Of a DNA stretch of 64,000 nucleotides, positions 35,623-44,128 are shown piece after piece (within the stretch, counting starts at the first letter, position 1; each line of letters begins with the position of its first letter). The position numbers and the translations under genes were made by a program. This stretch comes from an uncultured Acidobacteriaceae bacterium (lineage in GTDB: Bacteria; Acidobacteriota; Terriglobia; Terriglobales; Acidobacteriaceae), in the NCBI GenBank assembly GCA_963777205.1, contig CAVZPQ010000004.1:71444-135443 (forward strand), written 5' to 3'. The notes under the pieces were generated by a model. That model was not told where the DNA came from and did no database searches. It saw nothing but the letters and a program-made list of their open reading frames with translations.

Positions 35623-35728
35623 GAAATGCTCTTCGTCAGCTTACCCGTTCTCCTGTGACGAGACTCTACCGCGCATGCGCCCGCGTTCGATTCACACAGC
35701 CACGGCGCACGTCCCGATGCTGGCGGAT

Positions 35729-36550
35729 TCAGGCTGCGTTCTCCTTTTTTGTTTCCGGGAACGGACCATAGCGTTCCGCTGTATCTTCAGCGTGGTTATA
35801 AATGTTCTTTCCATCCTTAAGAAACGGAGTCGCCATGGCCCACGGTCTTCCGTCCGGACGGTCGATCGGCTTTGCGCTGTACTGCGGCAGATAGATTCGG
35901 CGCATGCGCTCTGTCTTGTTCGGCCCGCTGCGGTGAAACACGAAGCTGTCGAACGCCACGATGCTGCCCGCAGGAACAATGACGGCGTCGCCAGGATCAT
36001 CTCCCGAGTAGCCGATAAGATCGTTCGTGCCGTCCTCTTTTACGTGGTCGATCACCCTGCTCTTGGTTCCTCCGCGCGAATGCGGCAACAGATAAACCGT
36101 GCCATTCTCCTCGCTCACGTCATCGAGCGTGCACCAGCAAGTCACATACGGCTTATGCTGCGTAGTCGGGTTGTACCACTTCACATACCCGCTGTCCTGG
36201 TGCCACGCGAACTTCATTCCCTGCTCTGCGCCCTTCACCACCCACTGCTCGTGGAAGAGGTACGCCTCATCACCCACCGTCGCACGCGCAACCTCAGCCA
36301 TCAGATCGCTGAAAACGAACTGCCACAGTCGATTGCTGAGCCGGTAACGATTGTTGATGAAATAGCGCTTGCCGCGGTGGCTGATATTTTCCGTCTGCAC
36401 ACCCTTGGCATCCATGATCGAGTCGTAATAGCCAAGGTAGTACGAGCACTCTTCGCGCAGCATCTCCAGCATCGCCGGCGGGATGACTCCCGGGAGAATC
36501 ATGTAGCCTTCGCTGCGGTAGAGCTCGCGCTGCTGCTCGGTAATTGTCAT
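35729..36550 (-). CDS. Phytanoyl-CoA dioxygenase (PhyH) family Fe(II)/2-oxoglutarate dioxygenase
   Basis: 'YRSEGYMILPGV', facial triad 'WHQD' ... 'FHRSGPN...R', 'CWCTLDDVSEENG.V..LP.S'. Confidence 0.92.
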   Translation of the reverse strand: MTITEQQRELYRSEGYMILPGVIPPAMLEMLREECSYYLGYYDSIMDAKGVQTENISHRGKRYFINNRYRLSNRLWQFVFSDLMAEVARATVGDEAYLFHEQWVVKGAEQGMKFAWHQDSGYVKWYNPTTQHKPYVTCWCTLDDVSEENGTVYLLPHSRGGTKSRVIDHVKEDGTNDLIGYSGDDPGDAVIVPAGSIVAFDSFVFHRSGPNKTERMRRIYLPQYSAKPIDRPDGRPWAMATPFLKDGKNIYNHAEDTAERYGPFPETKKENAA

Positions 36551-36623
36551 GCCCGCCAATCTAGTCAACCTTCGCGACCCTTGGCTTCTCATTTCCCGCG
36601 GAGTTGTTATCATTTTTTGTCGC

Positions 36624-37451
36624 ATGCTACAACGGCTCAAATTACCGGCAATCCTGGACGGCAAAGCCTGGCGGTACGCCAATCCCGCGGGAGCCAACCG
36701 TCGGCATCATCATGCAGAGCTCGAATTGAACCTCGTGACCCATGGCAATGGCACGTATCTGCTTGGAAATCGGCAGTACCGCATCCGCCGCGGTGATTTG
36801 CTCTGGCTCTTCCCCGCTCAGGAGCATCTGCTTTTCGAGCAGACACCCGACTTCCAGATGTGGATCGTTGTCTTTCGCCGTCGGCTCATCAAGCGCAGCG
36901 CCGTCGACACCGGCTCTCGTCCGCTACTGCAGCGCTCCCTTTCCGGTGAAGCGTGCCGCCGCTTACGGCCGCCCGCGCTCGCTCGCTTCGAGGAGATCTT
37001 CTCCGGCTTGGCGGAATGCGCAGACGAACCTGGCCTGGTCAATGCAACTCTCGCATATGCTCTCTTGCATGCATGGAAGTGCTTCGAGCAGGCAGGCGAA
37101 GTTGCTGCGCGCAACGTGCATCCCGCGGTTGAGAGCACGGCGCGTCTGTTGCTTGCAAACCAGAACAGCTTCACGCTCTCGCAACTGGCGCGGCGTGCCG
37201 GGCTCAGCCCTTCACGGCTCAGCCGCCTCTTCAAGCAACAGACCGGCGTCTCCATCGTCGAGTTCCGAAATCGTCAGCGCATCCAATCATTCCTTGAACA
37301 ACTTGATGCCGCTGCCGGGTCCGGCCGGCGAAGCACGCTTCTTGAACACGCCCTTGCCGCCGGATTCGGCAGCTATCCGCAGTTCCACCGCGTCTTCCGG
37401 CACGTCACCGGCTGCTCGCCCGCCGAGTACCGTCGCCGCAACCCTAGCTAA
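36624..37451 (+). CDS. AraC-family transcriptional regulator, divergent from the PhyH operon
   Basis: Cupin sensor 'HHHAELELNLV..GNGTY'; HTH 'LARRAGLSPSRLSRLFKQQTG', 'AGFGSYPQFHRVFRHVTGCSP'. Confidence 0.95.
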   Translation: MLQRLKLPAILDGKAWRYANPAGANRRHHHAELELNLVTHGNGTYLLGNRQYRIRRGDLLWLFPAQEHLLFEQTPDFQMWIVVFRRRLIKRSAVDTGSRPLLQRSLSGEACRRLRPPALARFEEIFSGLAECADEPGLVNATLAYALLHAWKCFEQAGEVAARNVHPAVESTARLLLANQNSFTLSQLARRAGLSPSRLSRLFKQQTGVSIVEFRNRQRIQSFLEQLDAAAGSGRRSTLLEHALAAGFGSYPQFHRVFRHVTGCSPAEYRRRNPS

Positions 37452-38287
37452 CTCGCGACGACCCGGCGCCACATCCTTTCAATCTCAACCCGCAGAACCT
37501 TTGCGTCTTCCCAGCTATTCGGAAACGACGACAACGCATATCCACCTTCCGTCGGACCGAGCTCCGGACAAACGAAGATCTCGCGATCGGTTGCCCAATT
37601 TCCTGCCAGCCAGCATCGCAGCACCGACTCAGCGAACGGGATCCACTCATTCACTTCTTTCGTCAGACCGCCGCGTCCATCGGTGATAGGAAGCTGCATA
37701 TGCTGCCCGTTGAACGGCCTGAAATGAAACTGCTGCGCATTTTGCACCAGGTCATGACGGACCAGCAGGCGCGCGTTGAAGTTCGACGGAACAAGATGCT
37801 TCACCACGGCAAAATGCGAGAAGTCCCAGGAAATCGGCAGCAACTCGCCTGTCGCCTCGGAGTACGCCTCGGCTAGCGCGTACATCTTCTCCGGAGTCTC
37901 AGTGCATGTGCCCCGGTGCGACTCTACTGCAGCCCGCAAACCACGCGCCTTTGCCTCCTCCATCAGCGCCATCGTGAGCCGCAGCGCCTCCGGCATCAGC
38001 ATCTCGTCTCCGCCAAGTTGCACGTTCACATGCACAGCCCCGGCCGCTCGAAGCTCATCCAGCAATCCCGGAAACTCGGCCGGATCACGCGACGCGAGCC
38101 CCCCGACGAAGGTCAGCCCCCGGCTTCTGAGGCCCTCGGTCAGTTCCGCGCTCGGAGCCCAACATACGCTATCGAAACCGGCATTCTGAATCGCATCCAG
38201 CTTCTCTTCGAGTGTCCACTCGCGCTCTGGCGAGGGGTGCTGCATCAGCGTCCACAGATTGGCAACGTGCCGCAAAGTCGGCGTCAT
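37448..38287 (-). CDS. Sugar-phosphate isomerase/epimerase (xylose isomerase-like TIM barrel) protein
   Basis: 'LDAIQNAGFD', 'VESHRGT', 'WDFSHF', 'FHFRPFNG', 'CPELGP'. Confidence 0.75.
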   Translation of the reverse strand: MTPTLRHVANLWTLMQHPSPEREWTLEEKLDAIQNAGFDSVCWAPSAELTEGLRSRGLTFVGGLASRDPAEFPGLLDELRAAGAVHVNVQLGGDEMLMPEALRLTMALMEEAKARGLRAAVESHRGTCTETPEKMYALAEAYSEATGELLPISWDFSHFAVVKHLVPSNFNARLLVRHDLVQNAQQFHFRPFNGQHMQLPITDGRGGLTKEVNEWIPFAESVLRCWLAGNWATDREIFVCPELGPTEGGYALSSFPNSWEDAKVLRVEIERMWRRVVAS

Positions 38288-38413
38288 CGAATCGGCTTTA
38301 CTCCTCGATTGGGTTGGCGCCGTGATTACTTCCATTCTTGCGCATAATTCGAAAATTGTCTTGCCATGATTTCCATTCGTTTGAAACAATGCTGCTCGTA
38401 ACGGAGCCACAAT

Positions 38414-39574
38414 ATGCAGTGCGGCAAGGCCGAAAATGACTATGGCCCTGGGCCCGCGCCCTTGGCGTGCCCGCCGCTGACCATCGTGGCAGACGACCTC
38501 ACCGGAGCCTGCGATGCTGCAGTCGCTTTCACCTCAACGTGCAGCCCCGTCCGTGTGCATATCTCTGGTGAACCGCCGCATAGCTCCCGGATTCGCGCCC
38601 TGACCACCGAGAGTCGCGAGATCCCGCCGGACGAAGCCGAGCGCCGCCTGCGAAACATCGTAGAGCGATTGCCCGCCACGGCCCAGCTCTTTAAGAAGAT
38701 CGATTCTGTCTTCCGCGGCAACACCGTTCTCGAGATTGCCGCGGCGCTCCGACACGCAGCCTTCGATCTCGCCATCATTGCGCCTGCGTTCCCTGCTCTG
38801 GGGCGGATCGTTGACGACGGTGTCCTTCACGTTCACGACTCCACCGGGCCCCGTAGCATTCCAATCGCCCAGCGCCTCGCTGAGGGAGGTTGCTCGCTCG
38901 TTCGAGTTGGCCCAGATGAATCGACGGAGCGGCTCGCCGCCTCAATGAAAGCTTGCATGGCGAACGGAAGCACTGCCCTGCTCTGCGATGCGTCGACGCA
39001 CACTCACCTGACGCACATCGTTCGCGGCGCGCGGTCGGTCGGCAAAGAGATCCTTTGGATCGGCTCTGGCGGCCTCGCACAAGCTCTCGCCGCGGAGCTT
39101 CCGCCTCTGACGACGCACCCACCGAAGCAGATGGCCCACGGCGCGACAATCTTTTTCGTCGGCAGCCCGCACCCGGTCAGCCAGGCGCAAGTCGACCACC
39201 TCCGCCGGGTCGCGCGAATCGCCGAGCACCGCACACCCTCAATTCATTCCACTCAACACGATCTGCTGGTCCCAATTACACTCGGCCAAGCAACACCCGC
39301 GGACATCCGCCACGCCATCGCCGCGCACGCTCCTGAACAGACCGGCTGCCTTTTCATGAGCGGTGGCAATACGGCACATTTCGTCTGCCGCGCACTCGAG
39401 ATCCAATCCATTCGTCTCCTTCATGAATTCGCTCCCGGCGTTCCAGTCGGCGTCGCCGAGGGAGGGCCGTTCGACGGCGTTCGGGTAGTCCTCAAGAGCG
39501 GAGGCTTTGGCGAACCCGACCTCCTTTGTCGTCTACTGGAACGACAGCGCGCGTCATCCGAGGTAGTGGTTTGA
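38414..39574 (+). CDS. Four-carbon acid sugar kinase (DUF1537; DtnK/DenK-like)
   Basis: 'IVADDLTGACD', 'FKKIDSVFRGN', 'APAFPALGR', 'GSGGLA', 'MSGGNTA', 'LKSGGFG'. Confidence 0.93.
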   Translation: MQCGKAENDYGPGPAPLACPPLTIVADDLTGACDAAVAFTSTCSPVRVHISGEPPHSSRIRALTTESREIPPDEAERRLRNIVERLPATAQLFKKIDSVFRGNTVLEIAAALRHAAFDLAIIAPAFPALGRIVDDGVLHVHDSTGPRSIPIAQRLAEGGCSLVRVGPDESTERLAASMKACMANGSTALLCDASTHTHLTHIVRGARSVGKEILWIGSGGLAQALAAELPPLTTHPPKQMAHGATIFFVGSPHPVSQAQVDHLRRVARIAEHRTPSIHSTQHDLLVPITLGQATPADIRHAIAAHAPEQTGCLFMSGGNTAHFVCRALEIQSIRLLHEFAPGVPVGVAEGGPFDGVRVVLKSGGFGEPDLLCRLLERQRASSEVVV

Positions 39575-40573
39575 AACACCGCACAGTACCAACAGAAGAG
39601 CTCCCGCCGAGCATCGTCATCACACTCGGCGACCCGGCCGGCGTGGGCGCGCGAGGTCACGCTCAAAGCGCTCGCCGACCCTGCAATCCAAAGCTCCGCC
39701 CGCTTCACCGTGCTCGGCGACGTTGTTGCCGTCGCCGCGGCGGAGCAGTGCACAGGCATTTCTCTCGACACACTCCCCGTCCAATTTCGCGAATACCACC
39801 TGCTTTCCCCAGACAGACCCATCGCGATAGGCACCCTTCGCGCCGAATACGGTGCCGCTGCTGTCCGGTACGTGCACGACGCCACACTCATGTGCCTGAG
39901 CGGCGAGGCGGACGCCATGGTCACCGCGCCGCTGAATAAAGAGGCCGTCACCCTCACCGGCATCCAGTTCTCCGGCCACACCGAGTACATCGCGGAGCTC
40001 TGCAATGCACCCGACTCCCGCATGCTTCTCGCAGGCCAGCGGCTCAGCGTCGTGCACGTCTCCACTCACATCAGTCTGCGCGAGGCCTGCAATCTCAACT
40101 CCGAACGCATCATCCGAACCATCGAGCTCGGTGATGAAGCCATGAAGCTGCTCGGCAAGCCGCGCCCGCGCATCGCCGTCTGCGGCCTGAACCCGCATGC
40201 CGGTGAGCACGGCCTCTTCGGCAGCGAAGACGAGCAATTCATCGTTCCGGCCGTCGAAGCCTGCCGCGCCCGCGGAATCATCTGCGAAGGTCCCGTGGCG
40301 CCCGACACCATCTTCTTCCGCGCGGCCAACGGCTCGCATGATCTCGTCGTCGCGATGTATCACGACCAGGGTCACATCCCCATGAAGCTCCTCGATTTTG
40401 AAGCCACGGTGAACGTCTCACTCGGCATCCCGATCCTCCGCACCTCCGTCGACCACGGCACAGCCTTCGACATCGCCGGCAGGAACATCGCCGGCGCGGC
40501 CAACATGAAGGCCGCCATCCGCATGGCCGTCACCATGGCGCGCCACCGTCTTCAACGCACCGTCACGGCATAG
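39571..40573 (+). CDS. pdxA: PdxA-family (PdxA2) 4-phospho-tetronate dehydrogenase; frameshift near 39650
   Basis: 'ITLGDPAGVG.E', 'VTAPLNK', 'GHTEY', 'STHISL', 'GLNPHAGE', 'AMYHDQGHIPMK', 'RTSVDHGTAFDIAG'; its TTG start overlaps the kinase stop. Confidence 0.92.
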
Positions 40574-40585
40574 CCCGGGTTCTGC

Positions 40586-42121
40586 ATGCGTCCGCTCGAT
40601 CTGATCGTCATCGCCGCTTACCTCGCAGTCCTGGTCGGCATCGGCCTGCGGTTTGCGCGCCGTCAGCGCTCGACCGAGCAGTACTTCGTGGCCGGGCGCT
40701 CCGTGCCCGGCTGGGCCATGGGACTTTCGCTGCTCGCGACCATCATCACCAGCGTCACATTCATCGCGTATCCAGGCTCTTCCTACGCAGGCAACTGGTC
40801 GCTCCTGATCCCCGGCATTCTCTTCATCGGCGTACTCGGCCTCATCGGCTCCGTTATCGTCCCCTTCTTTCGCCACGTCGTATGCATGAGCGCCTACGAG
40901 TACTTCGGCCGCCGCTTCGGCCGCGGCATCCGCCTCTACTCGTCGTTCGCCTTCGCGGTCGGGCACTTCGCGAAGATGGGCTTCGTCTTCTACCTGCTCG
41001 CACTGACTCTCGGCAGCATGACCGGCTGGCCCATCACCGTGATCATCACGCTCACCGCGGTCATCACCATCTTCTACACGCTCCTCGGCGGGGTTGAAGC
41101 AGTCGTCTGGAGCGACGTCGTTCAGGGCTTCGTCCTGTGGGCCGGCATCTTCGTCTCACTCGGCTATCTTCTGTTCCTCCCCGCACAAGGCCCGCGCGCC
41201 GTCCTCTCCGACGCCTGGACACACCACAAGATGAGCCTCGGCAGCACTGCATTCCGCTTCGATCAGCCGACCATCATCGTCCTCGTCATCTACGGCTTCT
41301 TCTTCTATCTGCAGAAGTACACAGCGGATCAAACTGTAGTCCAGCGTTATCTGATCGCCCGCTCCGACCGCGCGGCCATCCGCGGCATCGCACTCGGCGC
41401 CGGTCTCTGCCTCCCCGTCTGGGCCGCGTTCATGCTGATCGGCAGCCTGCTTTGGAGCTTCTATCGCCTGACCGGCGAGACCATCCCGAAGTCGATCACC
41501 AGGGCCGACGGCATCTTTCCACACTTCCTCGTCACGCACATTCCGTCCGGGCTCGCCGGCCTCTTCGTCGCCGCTCTGCTCGGCTCGGCGATGTCCATGC
41601 TCGCCTCAGACATGAACTGCCTCTCCGTCATCGCCGTGGAAGACTTCTACCGCTTCGCGCGCCCGCGAAGCACCGATCGTCAACTCCTCCGCGTCGGCCG
41701 CATCGTCGTCGCGCTCAGCGGACTCGCAGCTGCTTCCGTCGCCCTGCGTCTCGCGCACACGCATGGCAGCGCGCTTTCGCTCTACTACACCATCACGGCC
41801 GTCGTAGCCGGCGGCCTCGCCGGACTCTTCCTGCTCGCCTTCCTCATGCCGAGAGCCACGCGTCAGGGCGCTCTCGCTGGCCTGATCGTCAGCTTGATCT
41901 TCACCGCCTATGCCACCTTCACCGAAGGCGGCAAGATCCTCAACCTGGGCCACTGGAACTTTCCGTGGCACGATTACATGATCGGCGCCATCGGGCACGT
42001 GCTTCTTCTTGGCGTCGGCATTCCTGCAAGCCTTTTGCTTCCCGGTGCACCCATAGCGCCCGACCTCACCTGGCAGGGGTGGCGGCGTCGATCCCAAATG
42101 CCAGTTCCGGCCGGAGTCTAA
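40586..42121 (+). CDS. Sodium:solute symporter (SSS/SLC5; sialic-acid transporter-like)
   Basis: 'YFVAGRSVPGWAMGLSLLAT...TFIAYPG', 'SAYEYFGRRFG', 'GGVEAVVWSDVVQ', 'DQTVVQRY'. Confidence 0.93.
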   Translation: MRPLDLIVIAAYLAVLVGIGLRFARRQRSTEQYFVAGRSVPGWAMGLSLLATIITSVTFIAYPGSSYAGNWSLLIPGILFIGVLGLIGSVIVPFFRHVVCMSAYEYFGRRFGRGIRLYSSFAFAVGHFAKMGFVFYLLALTLGSMTGWPITVIITLTAVITIFYTLLGGVEAVVWSDVVQGFVLWAGIFVSLGYLLFLPAQGPRAVLSDAWTHHKMSLGSTAFRFDQPTIIVLVIYGFFFYLQKYTADQTVVQRYLIARSDRAAIRGIALGAGLCLPVWAAFMLIGSLLWSFYRLTGETIPKSITRADGIFPHFLVTHIPSGLAGLFVAALLGSAMSMLASDMNCLSVIAVEDFYRFARPRSTDRQLLRVGRIVVALSGLAAASVALRLAHTHGSALSLYYTITAVVAGGLAGLFLLAFLMPRATRQGALAGLIVSLIFTAYATFTEGGKILNLGHWNFPWHDYMIGAIGHVLLLGVGIPASLLLPGAPIAPDLTWQGWRRRSQMPVPAGV

Positions 42122-42127
42122 GAAAAA

Positions 42128-42970
42128 ATGATCCACTCATCCAATCACTCAGGAGCACCGATGAACCGGCTTCACCAGGCCATCAATGACGCGGCCGGAA
42201 AGCCCTTGCTTGGCGCGGCCCTCTACTCCTACGATCCCATCTTCCTCGAGATCGCCGCACACATGGGCTTCCAGGTCGTTTGGATCGAGATGGAGCACGC
42301 GCCCATAAGTTTCTCCGAGGCCGCCGACCTCTGCCGCATGGCCGCCGGCACCGGCATGCTCACGATGATCCGCATTCCAGACGCGCGCCGCGAGAGCGTC
42401 CTCAAGGCCGCCGAATGCGGCCCTGACATCATCGACATCCCCATGGTGGACACACCTGAACAGGCAGACGAGCTCGTGCGCTACGCGAAGTTCGCTCCCA
42501 TCGGCGCACGCGGCTTCTTCTCCGTCTCCCGCGCTCTCCGTTACGGCATCGTTGACTCCGTTCCCGCCGAGCAGCAGAAGCTCAACACCGAACTCGCCCT
42601 GCTCGCACAGATTGAAACCAAGGAAGCCCTTGAACGGATCGAGGAGATCGCCTCGGTTCCTGATGTCGACATCTTCATCGGTCCCGCCGATCTCGCCTCC
42701 AGCCTCGGCATGCCCGGCCAGACCGGCCATCCGGAACTGCTCGATGCTGCCGAGCGAATCGTCCACGTCGCCCGCAAGCACGGCAAGAAAGTCATCACCG
42801 CCTGTGGCACCGCTGACTTCCACCATTGGGTCCGGCTGGGCGTCGACCTCCTCTTCTGCACCAACAACATCGTCTGCCTCAAAGCCGGCGCTCAGATCGC
42901 GCTCGACGCCGCACAGAACGCCATTGCTTCCGCGCAAACCGATTCTCAACCGCGTGCCGTAGTTCCCTAG
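42128..42970 (+). CDS. HpcH/HpaI class II pyruvate aldolase
   Basis: 'WIEMEHA', 'PMVDT', 'PIGARG', 'AQIETKEA', 'IFIGPADLASSLG'. Confidence 0.9.
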   Translation: MIHSSNHSGAPMNRLHQAINDAAGKPLLGAALYSYDPIFLEIAAHMGFQVVWIEMEHAPISFSEAADLCRMAAGTGMLTMIRIPDARRESVLKAAECGPDIIDIPMVDTPEQADELVRYAKFAPIGARGFFSVSRALRYGIVDSVPAEQQKLNTELALLAQIETKEALERIEEIASVPDVDIFIGPADLASSLGMPGQTGHPELLDAAERIVHVARKHGKKVITACGTADFHHWVRLGVDLLFCTNNIVCLKAGAQIALDAAQNAIASAQTDSQPRAVVP

Positions 42971-43006
42971 TAGCCGCACCCAGCACACCAACCGTTCCCA
43001 TCCCCA

Positions 43007-44128
43007 TCACTGCTCCGGAACCTCCTTCAGCGGCAGGTGGACATGCTTGATCGATCGCCGCTGCCACGTATACGTCATCTCCAAATCACCCTTCGCATCC
43101 TGAATCAACGCCGGATACGAGTACTCGCCTGCGCCCTGCTCCAGTGTCGCGAACACACGAAAGTGTTCCCCATCCCTGCTCACCGCAAGGTTCAGCGGCG
43201 ATCTGCCCCGCGGCGTGTCGTTGAAGATCATCACCACGCGCCCGTCTTTCAGCGCCACCGCATCCAGCCCCGAGTTGTTGTTCGGCACATCCAGGAAGTG
43301 CGTCTTCGTCCACGTCACTCCATCGTCAAATGAGTCCGCCACAACCACCTTCGCGGCCAGCGTCCGCGACCTCGCATACAGGCGCAGATGCTCGCCGCTC
43401 AACTGCACAACCGACGGCTGAATAATCCCCTCAAACTCTCTCGGCGCATGGTCCTTCGCACGAAGCTCCGCGCTGTCCATCGGCGGATCGGGCGTTGGCG
43501 GCTCCGCCTTGTCCTGCGCCTCCGTCACGACGATCGGCCCAATCTTCTTCCACGTCGCACCCTCATCCGTGCTGCGCTCAATCCACGCCGCCCACGTTTT
43601 GTACGCCTCCACCGACGTCCCACTCACAACCGTCCCATCGCCCAGCACCAGCGGCTTCGCGCGAATCGGCCCGAGCAATCCCGCGGGCAGGCGCTCCGGC
43701 TTCGACCACGTGCGGCCCTCATCCGTGCTCCACATCCGCGCGCCCGACCAGCTCCCCGTGTCCGGCCCCGCCTTGTAGTACAGCCACAGCCTTCCATCCG
43801 TCGTGTGAAACAGCACCGGGTTCCACGTCGGAATATTCTTCTCGCGCGCCACCTCCAGCGGCTTTGACCACGCACCGCTTTCGTATCGCGCCGTCCATAT
43901 CGCCACATCCGGCGCGCCCTCATGCGTTCCGCCGAACCACGCCGCCATCAACTCACCGTCACGAAGCTCCACAACCGTCGACGCATGACACTCCGCAAAC
44001 GGCGCCGACCCGGGCTCGAAGATGAACTCACTCCGAACGTGCACTCCGGGATCCGTGTGATGCGAAACCTGCGCACGCACGCCACACGCCATCATCAGCC
44101 AGCACATCACCGCCGCGGTTTTCCTCAC
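43007..44128 (-). CDS. Secreted BNR-repeat (GH33-like) exo-ulosonidase, possible Kdo hydrolase
   Basis: Asp-boxes 'STDEGRTW', 'STDEGATW', 'SFDDGVTW'; 'ECHASTVVEL', 'WNPVLF', 'GLLGPIRAKP', 'PNNNSGLDAV', 'YSYPALIQ'. Confidence 0.85.
   Translation of the reverse strand: MRKTAAVMCWLMMACGVRAQVSHHTDPGVHVRSEFIFEPGSAPFAECHASTVVELRDGELMAAWFGGTHEGAPDVAIWTARYESGAWSKPLEVAREKNIPTWNPVLFHTTDGRLWLYYKAGPDTGSWSGARMWSTDEGRTWSKPERLPAGLLGPIRAKPLVLGDGTVVSGTSVEAYKTWAAWIERSTDEGATWKKIGPIVVTEAQDKAEPPTPDPPMDSAELRAKDHAPREFEGIIQPSVVQLSGEHLRLYARSRTLAAKVVVADSFDDGVTWTKTHFLDVPNNNSGLDAVALKDGRVVMIFNDTPRGRSPLNLAVSRDGEHFRVFATLEQGAGEYSYPALIQDAKGDLEMTYTWQRRSIKHVHLPLKEVPEQ

Noticed and set aside
39571-40573. pdxA as a vitamin B6 biosynthesis gene
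   Set aside because: Its coupling to a DUF1537 kinase and a transporter indicates the catabolic PdxA2 type.
43007-44128. Host sialic-acid scavenging (true sialidase/nan cluster)
   Set aside because: No nanA, nanE or nanK-type genes were recognised and the neighbours are pectin-type enzymes, so plant Kdo/Dha is more plausible, though untested.
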